64,000 nt of DNA from positions 1,798,001 through 1,862,000 of the forward strand of contig CAVNZM010000015.1 of NCBI GenBank assembly GCA_963693365.1. The letters are read 5' to 3'. Numbering within the stretch: position 1 is the stretch's first letter; every line of letters starts with the position of its first letter. Shown piece by piece: positions 43,662 to 64,000 of this stretch. Made by a program: the position numbers and the translations under genes. Origin of the DNA: Amoebidium appalachense (lineage: Eukaryota; Protista; Ichthyosporea). The notes under the pieces were generated by a model. That model did not search any database and was not told the origin of the DNA. It saw nothing but the letters and a program-made list of their open reading frames with translations.

Positions 43662-44994
43662 CGTGCGTGCGTTCGTGCGTGTGCGCGCGTGTGTGTGTGT
43701 GTGCGTGTGCGTGTGCGTGTGCGTGCACCCGTACGCGTGTGTGTGCGTGCATGTGTGCGTGTATATATATACAAGTAGATCTGGGCGCCCGCCACGCCGC
43801 AGGCGTCAGTCAGGCAGTCGAAGTCCTATCTAAGGAAAGCGGAAGTGTGTGTGCTTGCTTTATCACACGGTGTGTATGGTCTAGACTTGCTGTACACTTA
43901 TGGGTTTCAATCTCTCTCTCTCTCTCTCTCTCTCCCCCCCCCCCCCCCCTTCACCCCCTCGGACAAATATTTCCGGCAAAGACAACGATCACACGCCCAC
44001 ACAAAGCTTCTCAGGGATGTTGTGAAGAAGGGACACGCCCCACGGACAGTTTATTGGCACAACCCGGTGCCGTAGGTGAAACAGGTTCAACTTGATGGTG
44101 GCTGTGACCATGGTGCACTGCCACCCTCACTGCCACCGGGTGTTTGGAGCCACCCCTCAAGGCTTCTCCCCCCCCCCCCCCCCCCCCCCCCCCCGCCCCC
44201 TCCCCCGCCCCTTCAATGGCAGATGCAGCGACCACCACTCTGCAGCCTCCCTTCCCTCCCTCCCTTCCCTCCTTCCCTTACCCCCCCCCCCCCCCTCCCC
44301 CCCCCTCCCCCCCCCCCCCCCCCCCCCACACACACACATACCCAGGCACCAGGCACACAGAAATCCCCCCTCACCCCCTCCACCCTTCAGAATGCAGATG
44401 CGGCGACCATCACGCTGCCCCCCCCCCCCCCCCCCCCCCCCCCTCCCCCCCTCCTCGCTTGACAACAACCCCCTCACGAGTCCCCTCCTTTCCCCCGGGC
44501 CCCCAACCGTTACACACACACACCCAGGCAGCAGGCACACAGAAAGCATTGGTAAGGGGAAAGCAGTGTTGGGTGCGTTTGTATTGGTGTATCAGCCAAA
44601 AAATCGTCTTACACAGAATCTACTTTGAACACTATCATGTAGGCGACCAGGATGCATGTTAAAGATAGAAATGGTGATATATACCGAAAAACAGGAGTAG
44701 ACGTAAAGGAGGAAGTAGCAGCACATGAAAAGGAGGATAACAGTGTAGACTCACGGTTGCTGTTGTAGTTTTTCGAGTAGGTTTCGAATAAAAGAAGAGG
44801 CAGTGTTAATGTGTAGACACTGCCGTCTGTGGAAACGTCAACTTCATGCACACACACCATAACGTGCTCATACTCGTACTACACGAATACGTCTAGTACC
44901 GAATTTTTAACATGGCCTAGGAAAGGTAGTCTCAAAGGCTATGTACCCACTGGCTTACATAAGTGGCCGGGCACTACTACACCTGCAACAACAA

Positions 44995-45030
<36 letters not shown>

Positions 45031-45067
45031 AGGCCTCAGACGACTGCCGCGTACTTGCGCTCTTTTC

Positions 45068-45229
45068 CAGGGCTGCCAGGGTTTGGCGCTCGGTTTGGCG
45101 CTCTTAATCGTATTTCGACAAATTTCGGACATTTTGGCACCCTTTACGGTCGTATTTACTAATTGAATGGCTATTTTTATTCGTAATCGCCGGGTAAATA
45201 CAACGATTTCGGATCGTATTGCAGCCCCT
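45068..45229. mobile_element. Possible hAT-like MITE
   Basis: Ends CAGGGCTGC and GCAGCCCCTG form an imperfect TIR. Flanking 8-mers CTCTTTTC and GTGTTTTC match at 6/8, a possible decayed TSD. Confidence 0.4.
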
Positions 45230-45604
45230 GGTGTTTTCCTGTGTTGTGATTGGCTTTAATTAACAGAAATTAGGAAAACCGGTGACGCCCGGTTGAAGGG
45301 CTCTCGCTTTAACGATTGGCCTTCATATTTTATAAATTACATGTTCTGTATTGCTCTTTCTTTTAAAACTCATGTGCTGCTCCATAGTGATAGAGTTTTG
45401 GGAGGGCTCTCTCTCTAGAGTAGTTACAGATGGCTTCCTTGCAGTTTGTAGCCTAGACATCTTCGTGGCTTTGATGGAGCAATCTAGCCATACGCCAAGC
45501 TTCTCATAGGCTATTCGTGCATCTTCCCCTGCGAGCTCTTAGTCATAAGCGTTAGTAGTACCTCTATCCACATCCGCTTAACAAAAGGCCCAACCACTTC
45601 GGCA

Positions 45605-45826
45605 GAGTCAACTTGCAAAAAGCAGAATTATTCTGCAATAGCAGAATTATTCTGATTTGAGCAGAATCACTCGGCTTTTAGCAGAATAATTTTAGCAGAA
45701 TAATGCTGCTGTTGGCAGAATAATTCAGCTTTTGCAAAATAATTCTGCTTTTAGCAGAATTAGTGTGCTTTTTGCAGAATAATTCTGCTCGGGGCAAGTT
45801 GACTCATCCCATGCAAGTTGACTCAT
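45605..45826. mobile_element. Foldback/MITE-like element with TIRs and internal GCAGAATAATTCTGC quasi-palindromic repeats
   Basis: GAGTCAACTTGC (45605-45616) and GCAAGTTGACTC (45794-45805) are perfect inverted repeats, each with an inner GCAGAAT(T/A)ATTCTGC. There are about 9 internal motif copies, and the right end is locally duplicated. Confidence 0.6.
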
Positions 45827-46749
45827 CCCATGTGGTTGGGCCCCTAAAAATAACAGGTCTGCTCCCACAACTGACTCCACCACAACCGCCACGGAAACCA
45901 AAATAGACCCGGCAGGGGGTGGGGTGAGGCGGGTGGGTGGGTGTTGGTGGAGGTGGTGGTGGAGGTGGTAGGGAGGGGAGGGGGGAAGGGGGGTGAGGGG
46001 GGGGGGGGGGTGAGGGGGGTAAAAGCAACGGTTTGGGATTATATCATCGTGAATGTTTATGCTACTATTGAGTTTCTCTAAAACACACCTCAAAATGACT
46101 ACTGCAAGGAGGCATCCGGCTTGTCCTTGATCTCCCACAATCAAACAAACACCTATGAAAGTCGGCCAACATGACGTTGCATGGCTCGAGCAACCTCGGC
46201 TAGGCAACCAGACCAAACAGATGTGCAACACTCTGTGTAGCAGACGGCCGTGTTATCGTGTTGATAAATGGTTGCTACCCGTTCAATTGCTTAAGTGTGA
46301 ACGTTAGAGTTAGAGGCATTTAACAAGCAAAAATTACCTACAGATCACAAAATGACTAACACTTGAAGAGCCGCTACTGTTTGTATTTATTTGGTCCCCG
46401 TTCTAGTCGAACGCTCATCAAACTTTCGAATGGGGAGGATATGTTCTAAGGAAAATTTGGAGAAAGGGGGGTGTGGGGTGTGGTGTGTGTGTGGGGGGGG
46501 GGGGGGGGGGGGCTAATCTAGGAGTTTTACTGAAGATGAATTTGCCGTTTGTCTGTCACCTACTGAAACAAACGTATGTGGTTAGAATAGGCAGGGGAGA
46601 GGGGCCGGGGGGGGGGGGGGGGGGGGAGGTGGACCAGGTGTGCGTGTGTGTGTTCTTTGTTTTGTTTTTTTTTGTTGGGGGGGGGAGTACAGGGAGGGAG
46701 GGGGGGGGGGGAGGGGGGAGGAGGAGGGAGGAGTCGGTTGGTTGGTTAT

Positions 46750-52190
<5,441 letters not shown>

Positions 52191-52248
52191 GATTTTGTTT
52201 GTAAAGGTGGTGGTGGTGGTGGTGGTAGACGGTAGAGTGTGTGTGTGT

Positions 52249-52297
<49 letters not shown>

Positions 52298-52738
52298 TCA
52301 ACTACATAGCCATCGTATATACCCCTCGGGGTTTAACACATGTTAATTTACGTAAAAATACCATACAGGGTTGTACGGGAGAATTAAAAACCCAATTCGG
52401 GGTTATTAAGAGAAGTGAAAATCAAAAACCCAGTGCATTCATTCCAAGACCCGACATTCCTAATTTATAATAATAACAAAATGACATGGGTTAAATGAAA
52501 GTCCTAAACGGTAGTCAAGAAGCAATATAAACATAACTTTTGTTGATACAATATAACACAGTTAATCATGAGCAACTTAGTTCCAATATTCCAGATGTGG
52601 TTATTTGAGTGGGCCTACATATACTCGATGTATTCAAAGCCGCGTAAATACGTAGACCAGATGTGCAAGGGTTTGAAAAAAGGAGGGAAAAACAAACAAA
52701 CCACAATTGAAGTTTCAGTGTATGCACCTAGTCCACAG

Positions 52739-53406
52739 CTACCACTGCCACGGCTTATGCTCCACCTTGAGCTGTGAATGTAGTACCATCATGTCGACAG
52801 GCGAAAATTCCGCACCCTGGGGGGCAAATAACCCAACAGTGTGAGACACGCAGTTAGGGGATTGCTTGTGAAAATTATGAATCTAAGCAATCGGCACTTT
52901 TTCTGGATACCCTTATCTGACAAATTGCAGTGCCTAAAAAAGGAGATCATCCCATATATGGCCAAAACCATGATCACTGAAGCCGACATCATGTTGACGC
53001 CGCGTTGGTGAAAGGAGGAGTACGGTTCGCTCAGCATGGTGTGGAAACGACAAGAAACGGATGTTGTTTTCAGGGACGACCCCTCCCCCCCCCCCCCCCC
53101 CCCCCCCCCCCCACATACACATACACACGCACACGCACACACACACATACCACGCCCAACCTCTACCCACCCACTTGCCTTTTCAGTTTTATAGAATAAG
53201 GAGTAAGCAGGCACCATCATAACTGTCACACAGGGGGAGGGGAAGGAGGGGGAGGCGGGAATAGGCGGAGAAGATAGAAAATTTGGTGAACGAGGGATGC
53301 ACACACACGTACAAGCATCTGAATGTGAATGCATCTATAGACAGGCATGCAGCCATGCCTACAGGCACGCATGAGCACACACCCACACCCACAAACACAT
53401 ACGAAA

Positions 53407-53441
<35 letters not shown>

Positions 53442-53545
53442 CACACACACGCACGCACGCACACACGCACATACACAGACACATGCGGACACACATATGC
53501 ACAATCACACTTCGTGCATGCAAGCATCCATGCAGGCAAAAGTTT

Positions 53546-53630
<85 letters not shown>

Positions 53631-53635
53631 CGCAC

Positions 53636-53680
<45 letters not shown>

Positions 53681-54602
53681 CGCGCGCGCACACACACACA
53701 CACACATACACACACACACACACAAGCAGACACCCACCCACCCACCCACCCACCCAGATGCCCCCCCCCCCCCCCCCCCCCCCCCTCCCCTCTCCCCCCC
53801 CCCCCCCCCCCCCCAAATCCACACACACAAACCTTCATATGGAGGCAGCTGGCCGACGCAGCAGCAAGGCCCCACCCAAACGCATCGCCGACGCCCATAT
53901 TTAGGCATGCCTGGAGGAGGGCAGCAAAAACAAATGAAGGGAATTCCATCAGCATCATGTGCAAGTAGTACCGACGGTGCTTCGGGTGGCGAATTAACTG
54001 TCTTCCAAATGTGTTTAAGGAAGAACAAAACTGAGCAGTAAAATGGGTAATCATGAAATTGCACCAGGGGAACTCAGATCAGGTGAACAGCAGGATAAGG
54101 GCGAGATGTTTTTTCTTTTTCTTTCTTTCCTTCATTAATTGATTTTTTTTTTGGGGGGGGGGAGGGGGGGAGGGAGGGGGGGGGGGGGCGAGGGGGGCGA
54201 GGGGGGGGGGGAGGGGGGAGGAGGGGAGGGAGGGAGAGGGGGAGGGGGGAAGGGGGGGGGGATAGGGAGACCAGTTTTTTGTTTGTTTGTTTTTTGTTTT
54301 GTTTTTTTTTGGGGGGGGGGGGGGGGGGGGGGGGGAAGGGGAGGTTTGGGGGGAGGGGGGGGGATAACTGGCTGCTATGCATGCACCCACCATCATATAC
54401 AGAGTCACACCCGAGCATGTGTCCCCTGCACCGATTGGGTTCACCACATCCACATGTGGGATGTCGTATTGCCAGTGTGTGCCCTTGCCTTCAAACACGT
54501 GGGCACGTTTGCCTCCGGCTGTGAGTGCCAAACTACTGTGTGCACTCAATAAGCCCTGAAAGTTGGGAGCCATTGGGGTGTATGTGTGTGTTTGGGTGGG
54601 GT

Positions 54603-54651
<49 letters not shown>

Positions 54652-55676
54652 AGGGGACGGTGTTTTTTTCTCTCTTTCTTTTTTTTTTTTTTTTTTTTGG
54701 GGGGGGGGGGGGGGGGAGAGGGGAGGAGGGGCGGAGGCAGGAGGGGTGGGGGGGAGGGGATGTATGTGTTACAGGGTGAAGAAGAGAGAAAGCAAAGTAA
54801 AACACAGGAAAGGGCAGAACTGAAACAACCGTGCGTGTAAATGGTTGGCTGTTGTTGGGGTACACGGCTGAGGATACAGGTGAAAACGGTAGGCAGGTTG
54901 TAGCATGGAAATGGTATATACCTTATATATACCTAAAAATGCACCTAGATATACTTGAACACTGAGATGGATACAGCTGGATAAATAGTTGGACATCAAA
55001 TATATAATTGATTATGTTTGGGTATAGTTAGAATTAGTCAAAAACATACTCCAACATGTTTTGATGTAGCTGGATACACATTTGGATGCAGTCGGATACG
55101 GTTGGATACACACACGCAAGCACAGTGGCACACAGAAGCACAAACAGGCATGCACGGACACACACACACACAAACCCGCACACCCACACCTTCTGGAACA
55201 CTCTGGCAGCAGCAGACACCACAGCCCCCTCATCCTCCTGCCGTGGCTCACCCAAAAGAAGAAAGAGCTCCTCCGTGTTGATCTTGAGCACTGGATCGCA
55301 AAAAAACTTAGATTAGACCCGGTTGCACATAACATTAATTGAGTAGATTAGATTACATTAGATCAGGTAAAATCCGATTGCTGGTTGGATTAGCTCTGAT
55401 CGAGTTGAAGATGCCAAAGCTCCGCCATATCAAAGTATCTTTCCTCTATCCTTATTGCCGTCTAAACACAAGCATCAATGCACACTACACGCACACACAC
55501 TTAGGTCCACTTCTACCCAACCACATCCTCACTCTTAGACCACCCACCCAACTATCCACACCCACGCCAACAGCTCCTTAAACACCTACACGCACAGAGA
55601 AGAACATAGAAGAGAAAAAAAGGTAAAAACAGGGAAGGGGTGGGTGGGTGGGTGGATGCTATTTTTTTTTTTTTTT

Positions 55677-55707
<31 letters not shown>

Positions 55708-56060
55708 GGGGGAGGGGAAGAAATCATTCAAAAAAAAAAATATCATCAAAAATCCACGCACCATCTACGTGCCCAGTAGAAAGGGCAGCAGTAACGCCCT
55801 TAAACCCATCCAGCAGCAGCACAGTGCCCTCCAGTCTATTTTTAGCAACCTGAAAGTAGAAGTCCTCCCCCACCCCGGGAGGATATGTGCCGCATAGCCC
55901 TATGCCCCGGTAGGCACTGATATCACCTGTACGTGTACGTGTTGATATTGTCAGCGTTGCCAGGTATATGTATGCACACACAAAAACCATACACCCAAGC
56001 ATGCACGCACATGCACTCACACGCGCGCGCGCGTACACACACACACACGCACACGCACAC

Positions 56061-56137
<77 letters not shown>

Positions 56138-56154
56138 AGACACAGACACACACA

Positions 56155-56207
<53 letters not shown>

Positions 56208-58056
56208 CACGCGCACACACACTGGTCCCTCTTCTCACCTATCAAGCGCATGAGAGATGAACAAAAAGAGGGACACGTTTTTGGGATGAGGGTGGCGGAG
56301 AAACAGAGCGGCGTTGAAATGTGAACGGCACAAGGAGGCACCGGGACCGGGGAGAGGGGGGGAGGGGGAGGGGTGGGGGTGGGGGGGGGGGGGGGGGGGG
56401 GGGAGGGGGGGAGTGAAAGGAAAACGAACAGCCCGTACATTCATGCCTCCCGGAATGGCAGAAGGTTCAACATAACTCTCCTAAAGCAGCACACATGCTT
56501 CGAGAACGCCAAAGAACAAGAGCCATTACAATTGATCATAAAGTCATCATATGTAACAGGCAGTCACAGTAAACCAGTGCCCCCCCAAAAACTAAAAAAA
56601 AATTCAATTTCTTATTCCATGGAATTGAAATAATGTGAACTATTGAATGATTTTCTCATGGGAGCACCCACCCAGCACGGCAGCAAGAGTGCTCTCCACA
56701 CACTCAGCCCCCACCGTGTCACTGGGCTCAATCAGTTCTGTCATGGCCCCTGTGCAGGAATATGTGTGAATACGTGTGAATATGTATAAGCACGTGTGAA
56801 TACGTGTGTAACACGTATGAAATACACATGAAAACAAGGGTGAATATGTACGAATTGGTGTGAATGCAGATGAGAATGGTGTGTGCGTGTAAAACATGTA
56901 TGAATGTGAGTCAGTACGTTTCAATACGTGTGAAATCCAGTGAATACGGGTAGAAACCCCAGTTTTAACAGGGACCAAATGGGAATACACACGAACACGG
57001 TGGCATAGAAGTGTATGGATGGATGGGAATTTGGGGGATTCGGAATACGCGGCAATACCGGCAATACACTTGCAACCATCAACGAATACGTGTGAATTCA
57101 ATCTGGCCATATTCAGGGTGTGCTTGCAGGTAGTAAATGGTCACGTCAGAACATCCACGTAAGCCCTCTCGGAGACATGTTGGGATGTCATAATATGCAC
57201 ACGTGCCCAATCAAAAGCTTCTGATTGCGAGTGCTGTGCATGTGAATGTGTGTGTGTGTGTGTGTTGTGTGAGTGTGAGTGTGTGAGTGTGTGAGTGTGT
57301 GTGCGCGCATGCTGATGTGCGCACATGCGTGTGCGTGTGTACGTGCAAGTGTTTGTGCGGGCGTGTGTGTGTGTGTGCGTCTGTGTGTGTCTGTGTGTGG
57401 GCATGCGGGCGTGCGTACATATGCAAGCGCGCAGATACACGTATGTTCATGCATGTGTGTGCATGTGTGTGCATGAGTTTGCTTTGTGTGTGCCTGTGCA
57501 TATCCTACCCGACTGTCTGCACAGCAGGGTGGTGCATGTCCTAGTGGTGCCTTCAAACCAGCCAATCAGCTGCTGGCATCCCGCCTGCGCCATGCTGGTC
57601 TCCACAAACCGCCCCGGGTCCCCTGTGATCCGTAAATTTAAATCCTAGACAAGAGAGGGACATAAACCAAACCCAAAATGTGGCAGTGAAAATGATAGCC
57701 TGCTGGAACAGAAATGACGGATACCTAGGAATAGCATACGGGCATGCATATATAAAACAACTAAAAAAAGCAGGAATATGGCATTAAATGGTGTGGTGTG
57801 CATTACACTATCACTCACATAAGTAAAAGAAACACAACACACACCACCACCGAGAGTATTATTGGGGCAATGCCGACACTGCGCAAACACAATTGCTCGA
57901 AGCAATAACACATAGAAGTGAAGGACGGAACATGGCATACAACGGGTGCATCGGGTTGTGACCTACCGTTTCTCCCCAGTAGCTGAACAATGCGGCATGC
58001 CCCAGCCTCACCTACAAGACAACGTATGTAAACGTGAGTAGTTAGTTAGCTTCGGC

Positions 58057-58090
<34 letters not shown>

Positions 58091-58106
58091 AAACCCACAC
58101 ACACAC

Positions 58107-58140
<34 letters not shown>

Positions 58141-58150
58141 CACCCACCAC

Positions 58151-58210
<60 letters not shown>

Positions 58211-58910
58211 ACACCACCACCACCACCACCACCACCACCACCACACACAAACACACACACACCGGGCGGCAGTCACCTTGCACAATCATACGTAGTGACC
58301 GACACAGGCACAGCCACACGCACACACAAACAGACACACACACAAAAGACACACACACACCGCTTAGTATCCGTGTGCAAGTGGGCATCGGTTTGTCTGT
58401 TGTATGCGTGCGTATGTATGCCTATGTGTGTATGTACACCCTTTAATCAACCCCCTGCCTCCTCTCCCCCCCCCTCCCCCCTCCCCCCCCCCCCCTTCTC
58501 CCCCTCCCCCCCCCTCCCCTCCCCCCCCCCCCCCAAAAAAAAAAGGGGGGGTGAGGATGGGGGTGAAGGGGGGGGAGGGGGGAGGGGGGGGGGGATTTCT
58601 TGATGTGATTTATAATAGCCGAAGGTGTGTTTGTGTAGGCTCTTGGTGTAGGCAGGATTTGGGTGTGTATGTGTGGGTAGGGGAGGGGGTGGAGGGTGGG
58701 GATGGGGGGCGAGAGAGAGAGGAGGAGGAGGAGGAGGAGGGGGGGGGGGGGGGGGGAGGGGGGAGGAGTTGATGTATGGGAATGGGTTAGAGTATCGGCG
58801 AGAGGGTGGGGGGATGGAGAGAGGCAATGTGTATGGTGTATGTGTGTGCCGCGTGGTAGGGCGTGCAGGTGTGGGTGGGCGGGTGGTTGGGTGTGTGCGT
58901 GTGTGTGTGA

Positions 58911-58967
<57 letters not shown>

Positions 58968-59295
58968 TTTGTGTGTATGTGTGTGTTAAAGGGGGGGGGG
59001 GGGGGGGGGAACATTTTGCTACGGCTAAGGCACAGTGCTGGCCCTTTCCACCGCAGGTGACGGCAAGACTGCTGGCCCGATTGACCTCCCCAACGTGCAG
59101 CTGGTATGGGTTAAAGAACAAGAGGGTTAAAGGTGTTTTTAAAGATTGAGTATGTAGATCCCTAGAATTTCTTTATATGGCAATCTCGCAACTTCTATAA
59201 TAAATGGAGATGGGACTATTGATAGGCACAGCCATCGTATACTCTGGCGTCCACATGACGTAACAGTGGCATGACGGGGAGAGATGGGTGGAGAA

Positions 59296-59335
<40 letters not shown>

Positions 59336-59409
59336 CTTTTCAAACTGGAGAGATTTTTGGTAGGCAGGATTCAGTCCAAGTACAAGAACAGATGGTGGCT
59401 TGCATGCAC
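52739..59409 (-). CDS. pfkB: PfkB/ribokinase-family carbohydrate kinase domain (1-phosphofructokinase / tagatose-6-phosphate kinase-like)
   Basis: Exons 59409-59336, 59100-59013, 58011-57967, 57622-57509, 56749-56672, 55926-55762, 55290-55190, 54555-54391, 53910-53833 and 52816-52739 (stop) are all phase-consistent. Motifs: VLGLNPAYQK, GGKGQHCA, TRTCTT, TELIEP, LCGTYPPG, LLLDG, LKINTEE, NPIGAGDT, GLAAASASC. Confidence 0.88.
56760..57100. repeat. Degenerate (TGTGAATACG)-like minisatellite
   Basis: The motif recurs more than 10 times in a PfkB intron. Confidence 0.65.
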
Positions 59410-59922
59410 CTGTGGTCTAATAAAAAATAAAAAAAATAAAAAAAAGGGGGGGGGGGGGGGGGGAGGATGCAACAAGAGTGGAAAGACGGAGTGGAGGAAG
59501 AGGGGAGAGGGGAGAGAGCGGAGGGGATGGGGGGGGGGGGGGATGGGGGGGGGGGGGGGGGGCACAAGAGGCTGAGGAAAGAACAGAGAGTTCATGTGTG
59601 TTTGTGTTCGTGTGTGAGTATGAGTCTTCTTTGAATGTTCCGAGGAGGAACGGTGTGTACTATTCATGGTCACGTGATTCCACAGAGAGCCCCCCCCCCC
59701 CCCCCCCCCCCCCCCCGCCCCCCCTCCCCCCGTTCCCCTTCTCCCCCGGCACATCCAAGGAGCTCCTATCACTCAGTTACGCACCACCACTCTCCTCCAA
59801 TCAACTCATTCTTAATCTGCTACCAAGCCCACACACCCATTAACATGATAAAATACTCCCTCTTATGGACACGCACGCACGCACGCACGTTCACACACAT
59901 ATACTCTCTCACACACACGCAC

Positions 59923-63543
<3,621 letters not shown>

Positions 63544-64000
63544 TCCTGAGAGCCAATCAAGAATGGCACAAAGTGGAACATGTGCTCGCGTGTGACTGAA
63601 TAACACCGTTTTTCTTCTTGGTAAACGTAGCAGGCAAACGTTTCATCGCCAGGAACATAAATCCTCCCATGCCCCCACGGAGCTTCAAGAGTGACAAGCA
63701 ATAAAAAGCCGGACATCATGCTGAGCATATGACCAATTCCAGTTATGCTTTATTTATTGATATCTATCTGGTGCGCAAATCCTTGGTGTTACATCTGGTA
63801 TTCTACCTCACACATCGAGAGTCGCAAAATAGCCGCGATAGACGGCTAGATTAGATTGAAACCACCACCTACCCCTATGCAAAATAACTCGACTTTATAG
63901 CGCCAAAAATCGTCAAAACATTTATACATTCGAGCATTGCCAGACCGAGCGAAGAAATCAATCGAGTACCCAAAAAAGAAAGGATTTATACCCTTATCAC

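Overview
This is an intron-rich eukaryotic (probably protist or unicellular holozoan-like) genomic window saturated with (CA/GT)n, (GA/TC)n and poly-G/C tracts, so nearly all ORF-track entries are repeat artefacts. Manual exon chaining, using splice signals, phase continuity and protein motifs, recovers three minus-strand genes. (1) A Pro/Ser-rich tandem-C1-domain protein starts at 8596 and runs off the left edge. (2) A ~31 kb, ~37-exon, ~1150-aa Munc13/UNC13-family protein lies at about 12439-43276; its C1 domain appears to be inserted inside the C2 domain, and there is no C-terminal C2. (3) A PfkB-family sugar kinase (1-phosphofructokinase/LacC-like) lies at 52739-~63543 with a long N-terminal extension carrying a degenerate P-loop-like segment. 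A decaying tandem array of multi-exon gene fragments occupies about 46750-52190. The most unusual signals are 3' splice sites embedded directly at the end of long (CA)n tracts, two of which require a non-canonical CG acceptor (or a 1-nt assembly error), a pre-miRNA-like intronic hairpin, two MITE-like elements and many intron-specific minisatellites. All gene models are hand-built, with no database or RNA evidence.
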